A stretch of 64,000 bases of DNA from an uncultured bacterium (lineage in GTDB: Bacteria > Desulfobacterota > Desulfobaccia > Desulfobaccales > 0-14-0-80-60-11): positions 80,508-144,507 of the forward strand of contig CALEAV010000007.1 in NCBI GenBank assembly GCA_937943575.1, written 5' to 3'. The notes beneath the pieces were generated by a model. It saw nothing but the letters and a program-made list of their open reading frames with translations, did not search any database and had not been told where the DNA came from. The translations under genes and the position numbers were made by a program. Shown piece after piece: positions 11,838-20,781 of this stretch; position 1 is the first letter of the stretch, and each line of letters starts with the position of its first letter.

Positions 11838-11865
11838 GTGGTAGCATTCTTGCATAGAGGCGGAG

Positions 11866-13038
11866 ATGAAGGGACTGGCCATTCTGGGCTCCACCGGCTC
11901 CATCGGCATGAACGCCCTGTCGGTGGTGGCGGAGCATCCCGGGGAGTTCCGGGTGGTGGGGCTGGCGGCAGGACGCAACGCCGCCCGGCTGGCCGAGCAG
12001 GTGCGGCAGTTCCGGCCGGAGGTGGTGGCGGTGGAGACCCCGGAGGCGGCGGCCGAGCTTCGGTCACGCCTCACCCGGGAAGCGGCCCCTGAAATCCTGG
12101 TGGGCCCCGAGGGTGCCCAGGCCGTGGCCACCCTGCCGGAGGTGGACCTGGTGCTCTCCGCCATGGTGGGGGCGGTGGGTCTGGCCCCCACCTACGCCGC
12201 CATCCGGGCCGGCAAGGACGTGGCCCTGGCCAACAAGGAGACCCTGGTGGCCGCCGGCTCCCTGGTGATGGAGGCCGTCCGGGAGCACGGCGTGGCCCTC
12301 ATCCCCGTGGACAGCGAGCACAGCGCCATCTTCCAGGCCCTGCACGGGCACCCTCCCGAGGAGGTGCGCAGCCTCTGGCTCACCGCTTCCGGCGGTCCTT
12401 TCCGCACCTGGTCCCGGGAACAACTGGCCGCCGCCACGCCCCAGGCGGCCCTGAAGCATCCCAACTGGGCCATGGGGGCCAAGATCACCATTGACAGCGC
12501 CACCATGATGAACAAAGCCCTGGAGGTCATTGAGGCGGCGGTGCTCTTCGACCTGCCGCCGGAGCGCATCCGGGTCTACATCCATCCCCAGAGCATCATC
12601 CACTCTCTGGTGGAGTTTGTGGACGGCTCGGTGCTGGCCCAGCTGGGCTGGCCGGACATGCGCCTGCCCATCGCCTACGCCCTGACCTATCCCCGGCGCC
12701 TGCCTTTGAACGGCGAACCCCTGGATCTGACCCGGGTGGCCCAGCTCACCTTTGAGCCGCCGGACCTGGAGCGCTTTCCGGCCCTGGCCCTGGGCTATGA
12801 GGCGGCAGCCGTGGGCGGCACCATGCCGGCGGTGCTCAACGCCGCCAACGAAGTGGCGGTGGCTGCCTTCCTGGCCGGCCGCCTGCCCTTTCTGGGCATC
12901 CCCCGGGTGGTGGCGGACACCATGGCGGCCCATCAGGCGGAGCCGCTGGCCAGCCTGGAGCAGGTGCTTTCCGTGAATGACTGGGCCAGGGGCCGGGCCG
13001 ATTGGCTGATCCGCCAGACCGCCGGCGCCAACTTGTAA
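11866..13038 (+). CDS. dxr: 1-deoxy-D-xylulose-5-phosphate reductoisomerase
   Basis: ILGSTGSIGMNALSVV NADPH-binding N-terminus, LANKETLV, DSEHSAIFQ, HPNWAMG. Confidence 0.95.
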   Translation: MKGLAILGSTGSIGMNALSVVAEHPGEFRVVGLAAGRNAARLAEQVRQFRPEVVAVETPEAAAELRSRLTREAAPEILVGPEGAQAVATLPEVDLVLSAMVGAVGLAPTYAAIRAGKDVALANKETLVAAGSLVMEAVREHGVALIPVDSEHSAIFQALHGHPPEEVRSLWLTASGGPFRTWSREQLAAATPQAALKHPNWAMGAKITIDSATMMNKALEVIEAAVLFDLPPERIRVYIHPQSIIHSLVEFVDGSVLAQLGWPDMRLPIAYALTYPRRLPLNGEPLDLTRVAQLTFEPPDLERFPALALGYEAAAVGGTMPAVLNAANEVAVAAFLAGRLPFLGIPRVVADTMAAHQAEPLASLEQVLSVNDWARGRADWLIRQTAGANL

Positions 13039-13060
13039 GCCCTCGGGAGAGCTTTTTCCC

Positions 13061-14128
13061 ATGACCACTGTCATTGCCACCATTGTGGTGCTGGGCCTCC
13101 TCATCTTTGTGCATGAGTTGGGCCACTTTCTCCTGGCCAAACTTGTGGGTGTCAAGGTGGAGGCCTTCTCCCTGGGTTTCCCGCCCAAACTCCTCAGCAA
13201 AAAATGGGGGGAAACCGAATACCGGCTCTCCGTCATCCCCCTGGGAGGGTATGTCAAGCTCCTGGGGGAGAATCCCACCGACCCCGTGCCCCCGGGGGAG
13301 GAGCACCGCTCCTTTTCCCACCACCCCCTGTGGCACCGGGCCCTGATTGTGCTGGCCGGCCCGGGATTCAACCTGCTCTTTGCCGTGGCCGCCTTAAGCC
13401 TCATCTTCGCCCTGAGCGGCATCCCCCATGTGCTGCCCCGGGTGGGGGAGGTGATGGCGGCCTCCCCCGCGGCCGAGGCCGGGTTGAAGAAGGACGACCT
13501 GGTCACGGCCATCGACGGGCGCCCCATCACGCGCTGGGACGAGCTGGTGCAGGTGGTGCGCTCCGCTGGGGAGCGCCCCCTCACGTTCACCGTCAGGCGG
13601 GGCGAGGAGGTTCTCACCCTGGTCATCACCCCCCGGCGCATGGAGACCACCGACCTCTTCGGGAAGAAGGTGTCGGCGCCCCTCATCGGCGTGAGTGCCG
13701 GCCAGCACCTGGCGGTCTCCCGGGTGGGGCCGCTGGCCGCCCTGGGCCAGGGGGTGCTTTTTACCGGGCGCATGGTGGAACTCACGGCACTCCATATCTG
13801 GAAGCTCCTCAGCCGGGAGCTGCCCGCCAGCACCCTGGGGGGGCCCATTCTCATCGCCCAGATGGCCGGCCAGCAGGCGGAGCAGGGAGTTTACGCCCTG
13901 GTGCAGTTCATGGCCTTCCTGAGCATCAACCTCACCCTCCTCAATCTGCTCCCCATCCCCGTGTTGGACGGGGGGCACATGGTCTTCATCCTCTGGGAGG
14001 CCATCCGGGGCAGGCCCATGTCCATGAAGTACCGGGAGGCCGCCCAGGCCCTGGGGCTGATGATCATTTTGGCCCTGATGGTGATGATTTTTTACCAGGA
14101 TCTGCAGCGCCTCTTCCAGGGAGGGTAA
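13061..14128 (+). CDS. rseP: RIP site-2 metalloprotease RseP (M50)
   Basis: HELGHF zinc motif in TM1, internal PDZ-like segment, NLLPIPVLDGGH motif. The dxr-rseP linkage is conserved. Confidence 0.9.
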   Translation: MTTVIATIVVLGLLIFVHELGHFLLAKLVGVKVEAFSLGFPPKLLSKKWGETEYRLSVIPLGGYVKLLGENPTDPVPPGEEHRSFSHHPLWHRALIVLAGPGFNLLFAVAALSLIFALSGIPHVLPRVGEVMAASPAAEAGLKKDDLVTAIDGRPITRWDELVQVVRSAGERPLTFTVRRGEEVLTLVITPRRMETTDLFGKKVSAPLIGVSAGQHLAVSRVGPLAALGQGVLFTGRMVELTALHIWKLLSRELPASTLGGPILIAQMAGQQAEQGVYALVQFMAFLSINLTLLNLLPIPVLDGGHMVFILWEAIRGRPMSMKYREAAQALGLMIILALMVMIFYQDLQRLFQGG

Positions 14129-14327
14129 CTTTCTAGGGCAGGCAGAGTGGTCTGAAGGGCAGGGAACTGATAGGGGGAGATAACGGCACCGGCCGCCCTG
14201 GGGGTTCTTTGATGCTATGACCCCATGCCCCAACAGGCCAGGCATTGGGTTAGGAAGGCGCTTATCTCCCCGGGAGGGAAGAGGCAGCGCCGTCATCTTT
14301 CGCTGAGGCAACACCCGGGGAGCACAT

Positions 14328-14990
14328 ATGGTGCTGCTGGCAGTGGAGACGGCCACCGAGCAGGGCAGCGTGGCCCTGTGGGAGGAGGGGCAGGTGCTGG
14401 GGGAGATCTCCCTGGTCCTCCCCGGGGCCTATCTGCGCCATCTCCTGCCGGCGCTGGACAGGCTCCTTCAGGAGGCCGGCCGCCCTCTCGCCCAAGTGCG
14501 GGCCCTGGCGGTGAGTCAGGGGCCGGGAAACTTCACCGGCCTGCGCATCGGCATGGCCACGGTCCAGGCCCTGGCCTTCGCCCTGCAGGTGCCGGTGGTG
14601 CCGGTCTCCACCCTGGAGGTGATCGCCGCCCGCCTGCCTCTCCGCCCTGAGCCGGTGGGGGTCCTGGTGGATGCCAAACGGGGGGAGGTGTATCTGGGGC
14701 AGTTTCGCTGCGCGGGCGTGACCCCGGCGGCCCTGGGGGAGCCGGAGCGGCTGCCGGCGGGGCAGCTGCCCTCCCGGCTGCGTCCCCCCATGGTCCTCAC
14801 CGGCCCGGGGCTGAGTGTCTATGAAGATTTCCTGAAACCCCTGCTGCCACCCGGCCTGGCTCTGGCCCCCCCAGAGCTGCGCTCTCCCCAGGCCGCCACC
14901 CTGGCCCGCCTGGCCAGGGAACGGCTCGCCCGGGGCGCCGGGGTCTCCCCCGCAACCCTGCTGCCCACCTACCTGCGCCCGGCGCTGTGA
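14328..14990 (+). CDS. tsaB: tRNA t6A37 biosynthesis protein TsaB (YeaZ)
   Basis: MVLLAVETATEQGSVAL..., GPGNFTGLRIGMATVQALA, typical of the TsaB/ASKHA fold. Confidence 0.8.
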   Translation: MVLLAVETATEQGSVALWEEGQVLGEISLVLPGAYLRHLLPALDRLLQEAGRPLAQVRALAVSQGPGNFTGLRIGMATVQALAFALQVPVVPVSTLEVIAARLPLRPEPVGVLVDAKRGEVYLGQFRCAGVTPAALGEPERLPAGQLPSRLRPPMVLTGPGLSVYEDFLKPLLPPGLALAPPELRSPQAATLARLARERLARGAGVSPATLLPTYLRPAL

Positions 14991-14995
14991 GGAGC

Positions 14996-15036
14996 GGCGG
15001 CAGAGGAACGGCGCTCTGGCCCTGCCCGCCTTTTTT
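14996..15036 (+). terminator. Putative intrinsic terminator after tsaB
   Basis: Two-part GC hairpin (GGCGG...CCGCC enclosing CAGAG/CTCTG) followed by T6 at 15031-15036, 6 nt after the tsaB stop. Confidence 0.5.
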
Positions 15037-15313
15037 CCAGCCCCCACCCCCGGAGACGGCCGCCAAGTCCTCCCGTCGGCGCACCGGTTCAGGCCGGCCC
15101 CGGCGCCGGGGCGACAGCCATTGAGGCTGAGCCGGCGGCAGATTGTTTCCGGGGGAAAGCCACGGCTGTGGACCCATTCCCCCGGCAGAGGCCCTGGCCC
15201 CGAGGGAAGTTAGAGGGGAGGGCGATGGAGGCCCTGAGGCCCGGGCTCTCCCCTTAAAATTCGTCTTCACACGGCCTCAAACCAGATCTGCCAGCTGGGG
15301 GGGAGGAGGAGCC

Positions 15314-16357
15314 TCAGGCGAAGATGACCGGCGGCGTTCCGGAGGGGCGGGCGACGATCTCCCCGATGACATAGACCTCCTCATGGAGGCCCTGAAGACG
15401 CAGGAGGGTATCAGACAGGTGCTCCGGCCGCACCACCAGCACCAGGCCGATGCCGTTGTTGAAGGTGCGCCACATCTCGGGTTCCGGAATGTTCCCCTGC
15501 TCCTGCAGGAGCCGGAAGATGGCCGGCACCGGCCAGGAGCCCCGGCGCAGCACCGCCTGGCAGCCCCTGGGGAGGATGCGGGGCAGGTTGCCCACCAGGC
15601 CGCCCCCGGTGATATGGGCAATACCCTGGGGGGGCAGGTCCCGCATGAGATTGAGGACCGGCTCCACATAGATGCGGGTGGGCTTGAGGAGCTCCTCCCC
15701 GAGGGGACAGCCCAGCTCAGGGAGCCGGTGGTGCACCGAGAGTCCCAGCCGGTCAAAGAAGACCCGGCGCACCAGGGAGAAGCCGTTGGCGTGCAGGCCG
15801 CTGCTGGCCATGCCGATGATTCTGTCCCCCACCCGGATATCCGAGCCGTCCAGGAGCCGGGAGCGCTCCACCACCCCTACGGCGAAGCCCGCCAGGTCAT
15901 AATCCCCGGGCTGATAGACCCCCGGCATCTCCGCGGTCTCGCCCCCGATGAGGGCGCAGCGGGCCTCCCGGCAGCCGGCGGCAATGCCCTCCAGGATCTG
16001 GGTGGCAACCTCAGGGGCGAGCTTCCCCATGGCCAGATAGTCCAGGAAGAACAGGGGGGCGGCCCCATGCACCAGGATGTCGTTGACGCACATGGCCACC
16101 AGGTCGATGCCGATGGTGTCGTGGCGCCCCATGAGGATGGCCACCTTGAGCTTGGTGCCCACCCCGTCGGTGGCCGCCACCAGGACGGGGTCCCGATAGC
16201 GGTTCGGGTCCAGGTGAAAGAGGCCGCCGAAGCCGCCCACATCCCCCAACACCCCGGTGCGGAAGGTGGACTTGACCAGAGACCGGATGGAGTCCACAAA
16301 GGCCTCCGCCTTGTCGATGTCCACCCCGGCCTCTTTATAGGTCAGTTCCTCTCTCAC
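15314..16357 (-). CDS. purM: Phosphoribosylformylglycinamidine cyclo-ligase (AIR synthetase)
   Basis: [32 protein letters not shown], full-length PurM architecture. Confidence 0.95.
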   Translation of the reverse strand: MREELTYKEAGVDIDKAEAFVDSIRSLVKSTFRTGVLGDVGGFGGLFHLDPNRYRDPVLVAATDGVGTKLKVAILMGRHDTIGIDLVAMCVNDILVHGAAPLFFLDYLAMGKLAPEVATQILEGIAAGCREARCALIGGETAEMPGVYQPGDYDLAGFAVGVVERSRLLDGSDIRVGDRIIGMASSGLHANGFSLVRRVFFDRLGLSVHHRLPELGCPLGEELLKPTRIYVEPVLNLMRDLPPQGIAHITGGGLVGNLPRILPRGCQAVLRRGSWPVPAIFRLLQEQGNIPEPEMWRTFNNGIGLVLVVRPEHLSDTLLRLQGLHEEVYVIGEIVARPSGTPPVIFA

Positions 16358-16764
16358 TCCTTTTTCTCCTTCCGCTGATCCGGCCCTAAGCCCTCCACCT
16401 CACAGGTGTGGCACACGGCCTCCTGGGGCACCGGCATGGGCTTGCCGCAGGTGGGACAGCAGGTGTGGCAGGTCTCCAGGATGTAATCCCCCCCTTCGAT
16501 GCGGATGGCTTTGCCGTTCACCAGGGCGTCGGCAATGGCCCGGTGGGCCCGGGCCAGCATGCGGGTGACCGTGGGCCGGGAGACCTTCATCTGCTGGGCC
16601 GTGGCTTCGTGGCTGTGGTTCAGGAGATCCGACAGCCGCAAGGCCTCCAGCTCATCCACGGTGATGATGACCTGCTCCAGATTCTTCAGCGGCACCCCCT
16701 GGGGCTTGAAATAGGTGACCCCCGGCTCCCGCTCCACCCAGCGACATTTTCTCGGTCTGGACAT
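16354..16764 (-). CDS. DUF134 (UPF0251) family protein with Cys-rich C-terminus
   Basis: [10 protein letters not shown]...YFKPQGVP...[10 protein letters not shown]...[13 protein letters not shown] matches the DUF134 pattern. C-terminal CHTCCPTCG...CHTC. 4-nt overlap with purM. Confidence 0.75.
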   Translation of the reverse strand: MSRPRKCRWVEREPGVTYFKPQGVPLKNLEQVIITVDELEALRLSDLLNHSHEATAQQMKVSRPTVTRMLARAHRAIADALVNGKAIRIEGGDYILETCHTCCPTCGKPMPVPQEAVCHTCEVEGLGPDQRKEKKE

Positions 16765-16919
16765 CAGCGACCCGCTTCCAGAACGTCAGCTTACCCGGAG
16801 GCTGGCATTCTTACTCCCTGCAGGAGTATTTTTCTCCCCCGGCTCCTTGACGTCAAGGGAATTTCTCATTAGGCTGAGTAAGCCCCATCGATCTTGAGCA
16901 ACAAGGTATAGATTATTAT

Positions 16920-17780
16920 ATGGCAATGACGGAGTACCGCCAACAGGTAGAAGAAGGCGCCGCCTTTATTGCGGCCCGACTCCGGGAGCGCCCCCGCTGG
17001 GGGATCATCCTGGGCACCGGACAGGGCCGGCTGGCGGAGCACCTAAAGGACGGCGCCGGCCTCAGCTATGGGGAGATTCCCCATTTCCCCCCCTCCACCA
17101 CCCCCAGCCATGCCGGTCGGCTGGCCTGGGGCCGGCTGGCCGGCGTCCCGGTGTTGGTGTTTCAGGGGCGCTTCCATCTCTATGAGGGCGTCAGCCCCCG
17201 GCAAGCGGCCCTGCCGGTGCGCCTCCTGGCCGCCCTGGGGGGGGAGGTCCTGGCGGTGTGCAACGCCGCCGGCGGTCTCAATCCCCTCTTTCAGGCCGGG
17301 GACCTGATGCTCATCACCGACCACATCAACCTTCTGGGCGACAACCCTTTGGTGGGCGCCAACGTGGACGACTGGGGCCCCCGGTTTCCGGACATGAGCC
17401 GGGCGTATGACCCCGGGCTGCGGGCCCTGGCGGAGGAAGTGGCCCGGGAGCGGCGCCTGCGCCTGCGCCAGGGGATTTATGTGGCGGTCAAGGGCCCTTC
17501 TCTCGAAACCCCGGCGGAAACCCGCATGCTGCGCCTGCTGGGCGCCGACGCCGTGGGCATGTCCACCGTCCCCGAGGTCATCGCCGCGGTGCACGCCGGG
17601 TTGAGGGTCCTGGGGCTGTCGGTGATCAGCAACCTCAACCTCCCCGACGCCATGGCCCCCATTGACCTGGAGGAGATCATCGCCACGGTGGCCGCAGCCG
17701 AACCCCGCCTGGTGGAACTGCTCCTGGGAATCCTGGCCCGCTATGCTCAGGAGGTGGGCGTCGGTATCGGAGGGGGATGA
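16920..17780 (+). CDS. punA: Purine nucleoside phosphorylase (trimeric PNP/PunA type)
   Basis: GIILGTGQG, HFPPSTTPSHAGRL, VFQGRFHLYEG, NAAGGLNP, GMSTVPEV. Confidence 0.85.
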   Translation: MAMTEYRQQVEEGAAFIAARLRERPRWGIILGTGQGRLAEHLKDGAGLSYGEIPHFPPSTTPSHAGRLAWGRLAGVPVLVFQGRFHLYEGVSPRQAALPVRLLAALGGEVLAVCNAAGGLNPLFQAGDLMLITDHINLLGDNPLVGANVDDWGPRFPDMSRAYDPGLRALAEEVARERRLRLRQGIYVAVKGPSLETPAETRMLRLLGADAVGMSTVPEVIAAVHAGLRVLGLSVISNLNLPDAMAPIDLEEIIATVAAAEPRLVELLLGILARYAQEVGVGIGGG

Positions 17781-17822
17781 AGGACGGGAGGGAACCGCCA
17801 TTCGGCCCCTCCCGGCACGACC

Positions 17823-18149
17823 CTACTTCTTCTTTTTGCGGCCGCCCTTGGCCTTGCCCTTTTTGGGGGGATGGTTGCCTGTCGGGGGGGCCGGCTCCGG
17901 CGCCGGGGCCGCCTCCGGGGCGGCTTCGGGGGCCTCCTCCCGGACGGCGGGCACCGGGGAGACGGCGGCAGCGGGAAAAGGGGCGGCGCTGGGGGCAGCC
18001 TCGGGAGCCCGGGGGGGCGGCGCCGGCCCGAAGTAATACACCCGTTTCTCCCGGGGCAGATCAGTGAGGGCGGCGCCGCAGGCCGAACAGACCTTGGCAT
18101 CCGGGGCGTTCAACTCCTGACACTCAGGGCACTTGAGCCACAACCCCAT
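17823..18149 (-). CDS. Zinc-ribbon protein with Pro/Ala-rich linker and polybasic tail
   Basis: N-terminal CPEC...CSAC zinc ribbon, then a PEAAP-type low-complexity stretch ending KKGKAKGGRKKKK. No assignable family. Confidence 0.55.
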   Translation of the reverse strand: MGLWLKCPECQELNAPDAKVCSACGAALTDLPREKRVYYFGPAPPPRAPEAAPSAAPFPAAAVSPVPAVREEAPEAAPEAAPAPEPAPPTGNHPPKKGKAKGGRKKKK

Positions 18150-18567
18150 GTGGTTCGGTCCTCCGGGGGTTTTTCCTAACCATTAACAGACCCTTACCTC
18201 ATCTTCAAGAATTTTCTTTGAGTTGATGCCCCTTACCCCCCGGAATCCGCTGCCTCCCCTTACCTCTCCGACAAAACTCAGATATATTAAGACGGTTGTG
18301 GCAGTAATTTTTGAGGGGGAAGCGAGGGCCGGCGGCCCCATCCATTGCGGACAATCGCGGGCAAGGGCCTGATGTTACCGTAATTTTTTGGCTGAAGGAA
18401 GCCGGGGGGGAGAGAGGACAGCGGCATTCCCCGCTCTTTGGAGAGGATGAAATGGGCACCCGGGAAGCGACCGCAATCAAGAACAACTTGAGGGAGGCTG
18501 TCCCCTCCGCCTGCTGAGGTGCAGCCAAGCCGAAGTATGCCCAGATCTTTTTCAGGATGGTAACTGG

Positions 18568-18960
18568 ATGAAAAAGCAGATCATTACTGTGGAGAAGGGC
18601 CCGCCGGTGTTGGGTCCCTACAGCCAGGCGGTGGCGGCGGGCCCCTTGGTCTTCTGCTCCGGCCAGATTCCCGTGGATGCCCAGGGGGAGCTGGTGAAGG
18701 GCGACATCGTGGTCCAGACCGTGCAGGCCCTGGAGAACCTGAAGACGGTGCTGGCCGCGGCCGGTCTCACGTTGAAGGACGTGGTCAAAACCACTGTCTT
18801 TCTGGCGGACTTGGCCGATTTTCCCGAGATGAACCGGGTCTATGCCGAGTTCTTCCCGGAGCGGCCCCCGGCCCGCAGCACCGTGCAGGTGGCCGCCCTC
18901 CCCAAGGGCGCGGCGGTGGAGATCGAGGCGGTGGCCCTGCGCCGGGACTGGCCGGCGTAA
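18568..18960 (+). CDS. ridA: RidA/YjgF reactive enamine-imine deaminase
   Basis: 130 aa: GPYSQAV, FCSGQIP, VKTTVFL.D..DF..MN.VY..FF, PARS.V.VA.LP.GA.VEIE. Confidence 0.9.
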   Translation: MKKQIITVEKGPPVLGPYSQAVAAGPLVFCSGQIPVDAQGELVKGDIVVQTVQALENLKTVLAAAGLTLKDVVKTTVFLADLADFPEMNRVYAEFFPERPPARSTVQVAALPKGAAVEIEAVALRRDWPA

Positions 18961-19128
18961 AGCTTGAGGGGCCGGTCAGGGCGACCACGCGGGCGCATTC
19001 TCCCCCCGCCGGGATGGCGGGACGGCTTGGGCCAGCCCTCCTCGCTCCGGGGGAGGGCCTTCCCCTGGCTCCCGCCCGGTCTGGGCAGCCAAGTGAACCC
19101 AGCTTGCGTCTTTTCCGGAGGCATGGTT

Positions 19129-19389
19129 ATGGCCATCCTGAAATTGCGGGTCAAGGGCATGATGCAGCAGGGCGGCTTTGTCTGAGTGGGCTGCCCCGAC
19201 GCGGTGCGCGCCGGCCTTTTGGCCCTGCCGGGGGTGGCCCGGGTGGAGTACGACGCCGCCCGGGACCTCTTCACCCTGGATTATGATGACAGCCGTTTGG
19301 ATCTGAGGCTGATCTTCACCCAGATCCACCGGGCGGGCCGCAGCATGGGCCGGGAATACGAACCCGAGATTGTGGCGGAATCCCCTTGA
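19129..19389 (+). CDS. HMA-fold small protein with in-frame TGA at the metal-site Cys position (candidate selenoprotein, or TGA-disrupted pseudogene)
   Basis: ORF 18964..19185 (ends ...AILKLRVKGMMQQGGFV-TGA) and ORF 19186..19389 (VGCPDAVRAGLLALPGVARVEYD...) are contiguous in one frame. SD GGAGG at 19117-19121 with ATGs at 19123 and 19129. The combined product matches the HMA beta-alpha-beta-beta-alpha-beta pattern with U-V-G-C in place of CxxC. Confidence 0.45.
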
Positions 19390-19546
19390 GATCCGGTGGA
19401 CATGACCGGCGGAGAGTCCGGGGCAAAATCCCGGCTCCCCGCCTTACTGTCGCCTCCCTGAACTTCGGGCCCCCGGCCCCCTGGCCCCGGGGCCAAACGG
19501 CGTGGGCGGGAAAGAGGTTGGGCAAGCCCCCGGGGCGGCAGTCCCT

Positions 19547-19570
19547 CACCCCCGCCTGCCGCTCCCGCTG
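19547..19570. repeat. 24-bp direct repeat, copy 1 (CACCCCCGCCTGCCGCTCCCGCTG)
   Basis: Identical to 20782-20805 by letter-by-letter comparison. Lies 38 nt beyond the stop of the 323-aa ORF. Confidence 0.9.
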
Positions 19571-19608
19571 TTCCATCATGGCCCAGGCCCCGGGACCCGG
19601 ACCCCCTT

Positions 19609-20580
19609 TCAGGCGGAAGATCGGTCTGCCAGATAGCCCTCCACTTCCGCCACCGCCGCTGCTGGCAAGAGACGCCGCACCCGGGAATAGAGGAGTTGGC
19701 AGTCCTGGTAGGTGAGAGCCGTGCTCAGCCGCCAGGCCCGGGCTTCATCCACCAGGTGCGGGGTTTCTCCCCGGCCGGGAAGAAGCTCCTCCTTGCTCAG
19801 CAGCTGGATGTGGATGAGGCTCCGGGCTGCCAGGAGGGCCGCGGTGGCGGGGCTCATGGCCTTGCCAAAGATGAAGTTCAGGGTGAGAAGGTCTCCCGGT
19901 CCCAGAGGCCGGGGCCGGCCGATGAGGGCCCGGGAGCGCGCCGCCAGGAGAAACACCGGCCGCACCCGCACCGTCCCCGCCAGCCGCCGCCTCAGCGCCC
20001 GCACCAGGTAGAGGTGGATGTAGCCGGCCTCCACATAGATACGACCGAAGTCCTGAATGAGCGGCGCCAGCGCCGCCGCCCGCAGGCTGTCCCGGAGCCG
20101 GAACCGGGCCGCATCGGCCCGGGCAAAGTCCTGCACCGCGGCCACCACCTCCGGAAAGGCCGCAGTGTGGGCCAGGCGGTAAAAGCGCAGGAGCGCTGCG
20201 GTGGCCCGGCTTTCGGCGGCATAGACCTCCCGGAATTCCTCCCGCCCCTCCACCACCGCCCGGGGCCGCCCCGCCGCCAGGGCCTCATGGATGGCGATGA
20301 GCCGCTCCAGGTAGGGCTCCACCTGGAGGAGCCGCACCCCCCGCCCATGCAGCTGGCGCAAACCCATGAGCTGCTCCCGGCTGTAATGGGGGAACTCCAC
20401 CTCCTTGTCCGCCAGGTAATCGTCCGGGCTGATCTCCCCCGCCAGGACGGCGGGGAAGTCCGCCTCCGGCGCCTCCTCCAGGACCACCGCCTCATGGCGG
20501 GCCATGAGCTCCCTGGCCGCCGGCAGCGCCTCCAGCCGGTGCGACGACAGGCCGATGGTGACAAGGGGGAGGGAGGGCAT
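19609..20580 (-). CDS. Hypothetical protein, 323 aa (no confident family)
   Basis: Long ORF with a protein-like, non-repetitive sequence. N-terminal VTIGLSSHRLE...AVVLEE and a later YVEAGYIHLY loosely recall the GxxH...E / GxxH pattern of TraB/GumN/Tiki-type proteins (weak, by eye). Confidence 0.65.
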   Translation of the reverse strand: MPSLPLVTIGLSSHRLEALPAARELMARHEAVVLEEAPEADFPAVLAGEISPDDYLADKEVEFPHYSREQLMGLRQLHGRGVRLLQVEPYLERLIAIHEALAAGRPRAVVEGREEFREVYAAESRATAALLRFYRLAHTAAFPEVVAAVQDFARADAARFRLRDSLRAAALAPLIQDFGRIYVEAGYIHLYLVRALRRRLAGTVRVRPVFLLAARSRALIGRPRPLGPGDLLTLNFIFGKAMSPATAALLAARSLIHIQLLSKEELLPGRGETPHLVDEARAWRLSTALTYQDCQLLYSRVRRLLPAAAVAEVEGYLADRSSA

Positions 20581-20781
20581 GGCGCAATTACCCGCCCCAC
20601 CTGCCAGCCGGGCTTCTGCCTCTTACAAGGCGGCCCCGGACCCTGCCCTCAGGTGGGGGGCCGGCAGCCTGCCTCCTGTCCCCCCCTTCCCTCCAAAGTC
20701 CTTCCCCGCCCTGCGTGCCGCTCCATACGGTGGCCGATGCCCTGGCCGGGGTGCTGCCTCCCTCCTCCAAATGTCCTCCTC

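Noticed and set aside
11685-11865. TPP (thi-box) riboswitch in the thiC leader.
   Set aside because: There is no CUGAGA element and no ACCUGAUCUGGAUAAUGCCAGCG-like P4/P5 sequence on the thiC strand. Only a generic ...GGGAAGGGAA ending and a GC hairpin are present.
18400-18520. Glycine-riboswitch-like string (CUCUUUGGAGAGG...GCACCCGGGAAGCGACC...CUUGAGGGAGGCUGUCC) upstream of ridA.
   Set aside because: The skeleton is only loosely similar. The invariant CACCGAAGGGGCAA and CUCAGGCAAAAGGAC elements are not matched, and ridA is not a typical glycine-regulated gene.
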